Shown piece after piece: positions 57,482-64,000 of a stretch of 64,000 nucleotides of DNA. How positions within the stretch are numbered: position 1 is the first letter of the stretch; each line of letters begins with the position of its first letter. Origin of the DNA: an uncultured Chloroflexia bacterium. GTDB taxonomy: Bacteria; Chloroflexota; Limnocylindria; Limnocylindrales; CSP1-4. The DNA lies in the NCBI GenBank assembly GCA_963697135.1, contig CAVOMZ010000007.1, positions 209,110 through 273,109 on the forward strand, written 5' to 3'. The translations under genes were made by a program, and so were the position numbers. A model generated the notes under the pieces. That model saw nothing but the letters and a program-made list of their open reading frames with translations. It was not told the origin of the DNA and did not search any database.

Positions 57482-59208
57482 TCAGGGCACGACCAGGTGA
57501 ACCGGGTTCCCCAGGACGTTGACCTCCCAGGTCGTGGTGTCGTCACCGCCGGCAACCTGGTATTCGATCTTCCACCAGCCCGGCTGCGTCTCCCCCGGAG
57601 GGGTCAGCCCGGTCGAGCCGTAGGTCGATGGGAGGGGGATCAGGAGCTTGAGCCAGGTGTTGTTGAACGAGCTCGCGCCGCCCTTGGCCGTCTGGACGAC
57701 GGTCGTTCCGCTGGCGTTCGAGCAGGCGTCGCTCTTGCCCGCCATGGCAGTTCGAGTCGGTGCTATAGGTGAACGTGGCGTAGTTGTAGGCGTTGCCGTC
57801 GGGGCTCAGGACCCGCAGGAAGGCGTCACCCGGACACGTCGCCGGGGTCGAACAGGTCGATCTCGATCGTCTTGCCCGCGGCAGTCTGGTCAATCTGGGC
57901 GAGATACATCCGCTGGTAGCCACTGCTCAGGACGTTGTAGCCCGCCATCCGACCCAGGCCGTGGACCTCGGGCGAGCCCGAGCTGTCGGTCACTTCGATC
58001 GACCAGGCGTTCTCGGCCTGCGCCTTCCAGTTGACCGCCCCGACCGCAGCCGACTGGATCAGGACGCGGTACGTCCCGGCGGCCAGGCCGGTGGCCAGCG
58101 GCCACCACTTGTTGTGCCAGTAGCCGCCGATCGCCGGACTGGCGATCTTGCCGGCGCCGCAGTCGATCGCCGTGCGGCCGTCGGCGCTCGTGTCGCCGAC
58201 CGCCGGGCCGCTCGAGCCGACCGTTCCGTAGGTCCCGCTGTTGTCGATCTGGAACTCCTGCTGGAACAGGCTTCCGGAGGCGGTGACGAGCGAGTCGTCG
58301 GCTTCGGTAAAGATCGTGTTGTTCGTGTTGTACAGGCTGTAGTAAGTCGAGACCGAGTAATACTTGCCGGCCGTCCCGCCGTATTGGCGGCTGTTGTCCG
58401 CGTTGTAGTGGTCGGCAACGCCGTAGCCCCCGCCGACCGGGCAGAACGTCGGGTCGAAGATGTACACGGCTCCGCCGTTGGCCGGAACGACGACCTGGTA
58501 GTTGTACGGCTCGCCGTTCACGGCGTAGTCCGGGTTCGTCCCGCCGGCCGAGTTCGATCCGGGATTGAGCGGGTCGTTGTAGGGCGTGAACGCATCGCCT
58601 TCGTTGTGCTCATCACCGGACGATTGGATCGCTCCCCAGAAGCCCTTCGAGGCGAGGGTCCCGACGCCGGTTGCGTTCGGAACGGCCGTCGTCGAGTCGC
58701 AGTTCGAATCGGATGGGGTCGTCAGGCAGGACACCCCGTAGTAGTTCTCGGGGCTGCCCATCGGGACGGGCTGCACGTAGATCGCCTTCGAGGTCCGGGT
58801 CGCCGTGATCGTGTTGAGCCCGAAGACGCGCATGAAGAACGTCTGGACCGGCGCCGAGATCGTGACGTCGAGCTGGCGCGGGTCGGTCCCGCCGTTGGCC
58901 GTGTCCTGGAGTGGCGTGACCACGATGCCGCCGCCGGTCGTGTAGCCATTCTTGGTGGCTTCATTGTCGGCGTACAGGTAGGCGTTCGTGGTGCTGCCCG
59001 GCAGGTAGACCGCGCCGGCCAGGGCCGCCGCGTCGGCGGCGCGCTGGACGCGCAGGGTGTTGGCCCAGTACCAGGAGACGTCGACGACGATCGCGACGAT
59101 GCCGATCAGGGCGACGATCCCGCCGGCAAAGATCACCAGGATCTGGCCATTCCGCCGCCGGCGCGAGAGCCGGGTGCCGGGGGACGTCGGGCGCGCCGAA
59201 GCAGGCAT
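57482..59208 (-). CDS. Large TadG-like protein, copy 4. Frame shifts near 57750-57900.
   Basis: N-terminal part is ORF 57826..59208: ...RRRNGQILVIFAGGIVALIGIVAIVVDVSWYWANTLRVQRAADAAALAGAVYLPG.... C-terminus in ORF 57482..57745: ...EVNVLGNPVHLVVP. Confidence 0.7.
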
Positions 59209-59218
59209 CGGAGCGTCC

Positions 59219-59848
59219 TCAGTTCGTCGGGTTGAGCGACATGACCGTCTTGTCGGTCATCGTCAGGGTGGCCGGCCCGGCCGGACCGAAGAACTTCTCG
59301 ATCGCGCCGAGGGGCGTGACCATCGTGTACGTGTAGGTCAGGCTGACCCCGAGCGAGTCGGGCGGACAGACGTTGCCGCTGCAATACGAGGGGCAGCCGC
59401 TGCTGCAGATCCAGGTCGTGTTGTGGCGGTTGCAGGGCGTCCAGACGGGCGAGGCCGGCGGGGTGAACGTCATCGTCCCGTCGTTCTTGTTCAGCCAGGT
59501 ATTGGTCGTCCCGGCGATGGGATTGCCGCTCAGGTCGGACTGCCAGATCTTGATCGAGGACACGCCGTTGGGATAGCCGACGATCGGCGAGCCGGGGCTC
59601 TTGAGGACCTTGGTCACCGCGTTGATGATGTTCTGGTCGATCGCGTTGCAGGTGGCCGTCACCCCGCCCCCGTCGGCCAGGGTCGAGCCGGCCCGGGCGC
59701 CTTCGCGGGTCGCGTACTCGAGGCTGAGGTTGTGGGTGAACACGAACCCGAATTCGAGCATGCCCATCAGGAGCAGCAGGAAGGCCGGCACGATGATCGC
59801 GAACTCGACCATGCCCTGGCCCCGCTGGCGCTCGCGTCGGCGGCTCAC
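59219..59848 (-). CDS. TadE-like pseudopilin, copy 5
   Basis: GTG at 59848 overlaps the upstream stop (GTGA). ...RQRGQGMVEFAIIVPAFLLLLMGMLEFGFVF...TMTDKTVMSLNPTN*. Confidence 0.75.
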   Translation of the reverse strand: MSRRRERQRGQGMVEFAIIVPAFLLLLMGMLEFGFVFTHNLSLEYATREGARAGSTLADGGGVTATCNAIDQNIINAVTKVLKSPGSPIVGYPNGVSSIKIWQSDLSGNPIAGTTNTWLNKNDGTMTFTPPASPVWTPCNRHNTTWICSSGCPSYCSGNVCPPDSLGVSLTYTYTMVTPLGAIEKFFGPAGPATLTMTDKTVMSLNPTN

Positions 59849-60463
59849 AGGACCGGCTCCATCTCCATCGCGTTCGACTTGACGATGGTCCAGCCGGGCC
59901 CGGTGAAGCCGAGCAGGCTCTTGAGCGGGGTATGCCAGGTGTAGTTGTAGGTGACCTGGACGCCGATCGTGTCGAGGCCGGAGTGGCCCGAGGCGCAGGT
60001 CAGCCCCGCTGATGATGTTGCACCGGCTCGACTCGGGGTAGCCGATCGTGGGCGTGCCGTAGGGCAGGGTGAAGGTCGAGCCTCCGACGGTGCACGAGAT
60101 CGTCTGGGACGTGCTTCGGGGGTAGGTGTTGACGTAGCCACTCTTCTGGGCGCCGGTCGTCGAGTCCGCCCAGTAGATCTGGACGTTGACGATGTTGCTG
60201 GCGTTCGACGGGCCGCTGATGTCGTCCTCGATCTTCTTGAGGATCGCGCAGTCGGCCCCGGTCGCATTGCCGGCCTCGGCGGCGATCAGGGACGCGTCGC
60301 GGGTCGCAAAGCTGGCGGCCAGGGTCGCGTTCATCAGGAAGCCGTACTCGATCACGCCGACCAGGAGGACCATGAACAGGGGGAAGACGAAGGCGAACTC
60401 GACCAGGGCCTGGCCCTTGCTGTTCGGCCGGTGAAGGCGCGTGTGGCGGAGCGGGCGGATCAT
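59845..60463 (-). CDS. TadE-like pseudopilin, copy 6. Frame shift near 60000.
   Basis: ATG at 60463: MIRPLRHTRLHRPNSKGQALVEFAFVFPLFMVLLVGVIEYGFLMN... C-terminus in ORF 59845..60267 ...GVQVTYNYTWHTPLKSLLGFTGPGWTIVKSNAMEMEPVL*. Confidence 0.65.
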
Positions 60464-60831
60464 CTTCTCCGGCTTCCGTGGCGGTCCCGTCACCTGGGTC
60501 GGTGCGGCCTGTCCAACGATGCTTTGACGGTCGGCGTCCGTGCCATAGCCCGAACGTCCTAATTCGCGCGGCCCGAGCCGAGCTGCTGCAGCAAACACTG
60601 GGGCGGGCACCTTTCGGACGACCTTGGCGCGGAGGCAGCCGATTGGGGTAGTACCCGGGCCGGCTGAGCGTGGTCGCGCAGCTCGTGGTGCCCCCGGGCA
60701 CCGATCGCCGGGCCCGCCGTCGCAACCGGGCCGCAACCGCCGTCCGATCACGCCGGACTGCCGGCCCGGGTATCCTGTCGAGCGTCAGATCCCCAAAATT
60801 CCCCGACCCGCCAGATGGACAGGTGGTGCTC

Positions 60832-62001
60832 ATGAAGGTCGGTGTCGCCAGGGAGACCGCGCCCGGTGAGCGGCGGGTCGCCCTGGTACCCGAGGCGCTC
60901 GGCAAGCTGACGGCCGCCGGGCTCGAAGTGCTCGTCGAAGCCGGCGCCGGCGATGGCGCGGCGATTCCGGATGCGCTCTACGGCGAGGCCGGGGCCACGG
61001 TCGTCTCGACGGCCGAGCTGTACGCCCAGTCCGACGTCGTCCTGCGGGTCCAGAAGCCGTCCGAGGCCGAGGTCGCCCGCCTGCGGACCGGCCAGGCCGT
61101 GATCGGCCTCCTCCAGCCCCTGATCGATCCGGGCCTGGCGGCCAGCCTGGCCGGACGGGGCGTGACCGCGATCAGCCTCGACGCCCTGCCCCGGACCCTT
61201 TCCCGGGCCCAGTCGATGGATGCCCTCAGCTCCCAGGCCAACGTCGGGGGCTACAAGGCAGTGCTGATCGCCGCCAACGCCTTCGGGCGCTACTTCCCGC
61301 TCCTGACGACCGCGGCCGGCACGGCCAAGCCGGCCAACGTCCTCGTCCTCGGGATCGGCGTGGCCGGCCTCCAGGCGATCGGCACGGCCCGCCGCCTGGG
61401 GGCCGTGGTCAAGGCCTACGACGTCCGCTCGGAGACGAAGGAGCAGGCCCAGTCGCTGGGCGCCCAGTTTCTCGTCCTGAAGTCCGTGGGCGACGCGTCG
61501 GGCTCGGGCGGCTACGCCCGGGAGCTGACCGCCGAAGAGCGGACCGCCCAGCAGAACGAGCTGAACGGCTACATCGGCGGGATGGACGTCGTCATCACGA
61601 CCGCCCAGGTTCCCGGCCGGCGGCCGCCGGTCCTGGTCACCGCGGCGGCGGTCGGCCTGATGAAGCCGGGCTCGGTCATCGTCGACATGGCCGCCTCGAG
61701 CCTGGGCGGCAACTGCGAGCTCTCGCGGGTCGGCGAGACGATCGTGACCGACAACGGGGTCACGATCATCGCTCCGGAGAACCTGCCGGCCACGATGCCG
61801 GCCGGCTCGTCGGCGTTCTACGCCCGGAACATCGCCGCCCTGCTCCTCCACTTCGTCAAGGAAGGCACGATGCACTACGACTTCGACGAGGAGATCACCG
61901 CCGGCACGGTCATCACCCATGACGGGGCGGTGGTCCAGGCGGCGACCCGCAAGCTGCTCGAACCGGCCCCGGCCGGGGGGCCCGGCGGAGCCGCCGGATG
62001 A
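60832..62001 (+). CDS. pntAA: NAD(P) transhydrogenase subunit alpha, part 1 (NAD-binding)
   Basis: MKVGVARETAPGERRVALVPE..., Rossmann motif LVLGIGVAGLQAIGTARRLGA. Confidence 0.9.
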   Translation: MKVGVARETAPGERRVALVPEALGKLTAAGLEVLVEAGAGDGAAIPDALYGEAGATVVSTAELYAQSDVVLRVQKPSEAEVARLRTGQAVIGLLQPLIDPGLAASLAGRGVTAISLDALPRTLSRAQSMDALSSQANVGGYKAVLIAANAFGRYFPLLTTAAGTAKPANVLVLGIGVAGLQAIGTARRLGAVVKAYDVRSETKEQAQSLGAQFLVLKSVGDASGSGGYARELTAEERTAQQNELNGYIGGMDVVITTAQVPGRRPPVLVTAAAVGLMKPGSVIVDMAASSLGGNCELSRVGETIVTDNGVTIIAPENLPATMPAGSSAFYARNIAALLLHFVKEGTMHYDFDEEITAGTVITHDGAVVQAATRKLLEPAPAGGPGGAAG

Positions 62002-62324
62002 GCACGGAGCTGCTCAACTCGCTGGCCCTGTTCGTGCTGGCGATCCTCGTCGGCTTTGAGGTCATCAGCAAGGTCCCGGCCACCCTCCACACGCCGCTCA
62101 TGTCGGGTGCCAACTCGATCCATGGGATCGTCCTGGTCGGGGCGATGCTGATCGCCGCCGAGGCCGACAACCCGCTGAGCTACCTGCTGGCCTTCGTGGC
62201 GATGGTCTTCGGCGCGATGAACGTCGTCGGGGGCTATGTCGTGACCGACCGGATGCTCCAGATGTTCCGCAAGAAGGCGCCGGCCAAGCCGGTCGCCTCG
62301 GACGAGACCGAGGGCCAGGCCTGA
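61998..62324 (+). CDS. pntAB: NAD(P) transhydrogenase subunit alpha, part 2 (membrane)
   Basis: 108 aa, three TM helices: LALFVLAILVGFEVISKVPATLHTPLMSGANSIHGIVLVGA. Confidence 0.85.
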   Translation: MSTELLNSLALFVLAILVGFEVISKVPATLHTPLMSGANSIHGIVLVGAMLIAAEADNPLSYLLAFVAMVFGAMNVVGGYVVTDRMLQMFRKKAPAKPVASDETEGQA

Positions 62325-63771
62325 TGAGCCAGGCCTGGATCTACACCTTCGTCTACATCGCCTGGCTGATCGGGGCGGCCTGCTTCGTCCTCGGCCTGCA
62401 CCAGATGAATTCGCCGGCGACCGCCCGCAACGGCAACCGGCTGAGCGCCTCGGGCATGGTCGTGGCCGTCGGGGCGACCCTGGTCCAGCTGATCCTCCGG
62501 CCCGAGGGCCTGAGCGCGGCCGCCCTGGCGATCATCGTCATCGGCTTCCTGATCGGTGGCGGCGCCGGCCTGTACACGGCCCGGACCGTGAAGATGACGG
62601 CGATGCCCCAGCTGGTGTCCCTGTTCAACGCGGTCGGCGGCGGGGCGGCCGCGCTCGTCGCGATCGACGACTTCATCCGGCTCACTGGCGCCGGCGGAGC
62701 CGATACCGCGACGACGATCTTCGTCGTCCTCGGGGCGATCTTCGGCTCGGTCACCTTCACCGGCTCGCTGATCGCCGGGGGCAAGCTCCAGGGCCTCATC
62801 CCGGGCAAGCCGATCGTGGTCCCGGGCGGCCGGATCCTGACGATCGCGATCGCCGCGGTGGCCGTGATCGGGACGGCGGTCCTGGTCCTCGCCGCGGCCG
62901 GCAGCCCTGACCCTCGACTCCTCGGTCGTCCTCGTCGTCCTGGCCCTGATCGTGGCGGCCGGCCTGATCTTCGGGATCACGATGGTCCTGCCGATCGGCG
63001 GGGCCGACATGCCGGTCGTGATCAGCCTCCTGAACGCCCTGACCGGAACGGCCGCGGCGATGGCCGGCTTCGTGATCGGCAACCCGGTCCTGATCATCGC
63101 CGGAGCGCTCGTCGGTGCGTCCGGATCGATCCTGACCAACCTGATGGCAACGGCGATGAACCGATCGATCCTGAACATCCTGGCCGGCGGCTTCGGTACC
63201 GGCGATTTCGACGGCCGGGGCCACGGCCGGCGGAGCTGGCGGGAGCGTCCGCGAGATCTCGGCCGACGACGCGGCGATCCAGCTGGCGTACGCCCAGAGC
63301 GTGATCATCGTGCCCGGCTACGGCCTGGCCGTGGCCCAGGCCCAGCACCAGGTCCGCGAGCTGGCCGAGCTGCTCGAGTCGAAGGGCGTGGACGTGAAGT
63401 ACGCGATCCATCCCGTCGCCGGCCGGATGCCCGGCCACATGAACGTCCTGCTGGCCGAGGCGAACGTGCCCTATCCCCAGCTCAAGGAGATGGACGAGAT
63501 CAACCCGGACTTCGAGCGGGCCGACGTGGCCCTCGTCGTCGGCGCGAACGACGTGACGAACCCGGCTGCCCGCCACCCTGGCTCGCCGGTCTCGGGCATG
63601 CCGATCCTCGACGTCGACCACGCCAAGTCGATCATCGTGATCAAGCGCTCGATGGGCCGCGGCTACGCCGGGATCGACAACGAGCTCTACACGGATCCGA
63701 AGACGGGGATGCTCTTTGCCGACGCCAAGGAAGGCCTGTCGGCCCTGACCGCGGCGGTCAAGGCGGTCTAG
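62324..63771 (+). CDS. pntB: NAD(P) transhydrogenase subunit beta. Frame shifts near 62900-63300.
   Basis: N-terminal TM region in ORF 62324..63304. C-terminal NADP(H) domain in ORF 63301..63771: ...VIIVPGYGLAVAQAQHQVRELAELLESKGVDVKYAIHPVAGRMPGHMNVLLAEA.... Confidence 0.8.
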
Positions 63772-63855
63772 CCGGCCGGCTTGGCAGCCGGCGGCCGGCC
63801 GGCTCGAGACCCTGCCTTGTTCCAAGGGGACCGGGCGGGCGGACGACTGCCCCCC

Positions 63856-63924
63856 GATCCGGACGTCGGCTCGGATCCGGACGTCGGCCCTGATCCGGAC
63901 GTCGGCCCCGATCCGGACGTCGCC
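63856..63924. repeat. 18-bp tandem repeat, about 3.8 copies
   Basis: GATCCGGACGTCGGCTCG / GATCCGGACGTCGGCCCT / GATCCGGACGTCGGCCCC / GATCCGGACGTCGCC. It lies downstream of pntB and would encode (SGSGPT)n on the minus strand in ORF 63768..63977. Confidence 0.6.
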
Positions 63925-64000
63925 TCCGGCGAACAGAAGGCCTCAACGCTGCCCACGGCGCATTTGCTCCGTTCCATCTTGCCGAGCTCGTTCGCCGGAC

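Overview
This is a high-GC (about 70%) bacterial chromosomal segment. It carries no rRNA genes, no CRISPR array and no clear mobile element. Genes are densely packed on both strands. At least 25 genes show single-base frame shifts against an otherwise continuous homologous reading frame. I read this as an uncorrected draft or long-read assembly rather than pseudogenes, so several CDS spans are given across frame shifts.

Content from left to right:
- A partial cupredoxin lipoprotein, a DksA/TraR zinc-finger protein, a PLP threonine/serine dehydratase and a CtaG/Caa3-type oxidase assembly factor.
- An aa3-type cytochrome c oxidase operon. COX2 carries an extra C-terminal blue-copper domain. It is followed by COX1, COX3, a small putative subunit IV, a membrane cupredoxin protein and a TlpA-like thioredoxin.
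- tRNA-fMet, an MFS transporter and tRNA-Lys.
- A hypothetical protein and a rhodanese.
- A minus-strand bc-complex operon: a GltD-like FeS flavoprotein, cytochrome b6, subunit IV, a Rieske protein, a cytochrome c fused to a cupredoxin, and a Kelch-propeller membrane protein.
- Housekeeping genes: an LmbE-like deacetylase, Bcp, thiamine pyrophosphokinase, YbaK and an M23 peptidase.
- An HTH-GAF-GGDEF signalling protein, a LysM polysaccharide deacetylase, a glutamine amidotransferase and a polar amino-acid ABC transporter.
- A WYL regulator, a CAP/FN3 secreted protein, an HD dGTPase-like protein, a second M23 peptidase, an SMP-30 protein and tRNA-Arg.
- An adenylate cyclase, an FMN hydroxy-acid dehydrogenase and a TIGR03118 protein.
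- A pair of 60-bp hairpin repeats.
- A VWA surface protein with a long Thr-Pro tandem repeat.
- An 11.6-kb minus-strand array of six TadE-like and four large TadG-like pseudopilin genes in repeating E-E-G units, with no flp pilin or secretion ATPase in the window.
- pntAA-pntAB-pntB.

The split cytochrome b6/subunit IV argues against a classical actinobacterium despite the GC content. I cannot resolve the lineage from this window.
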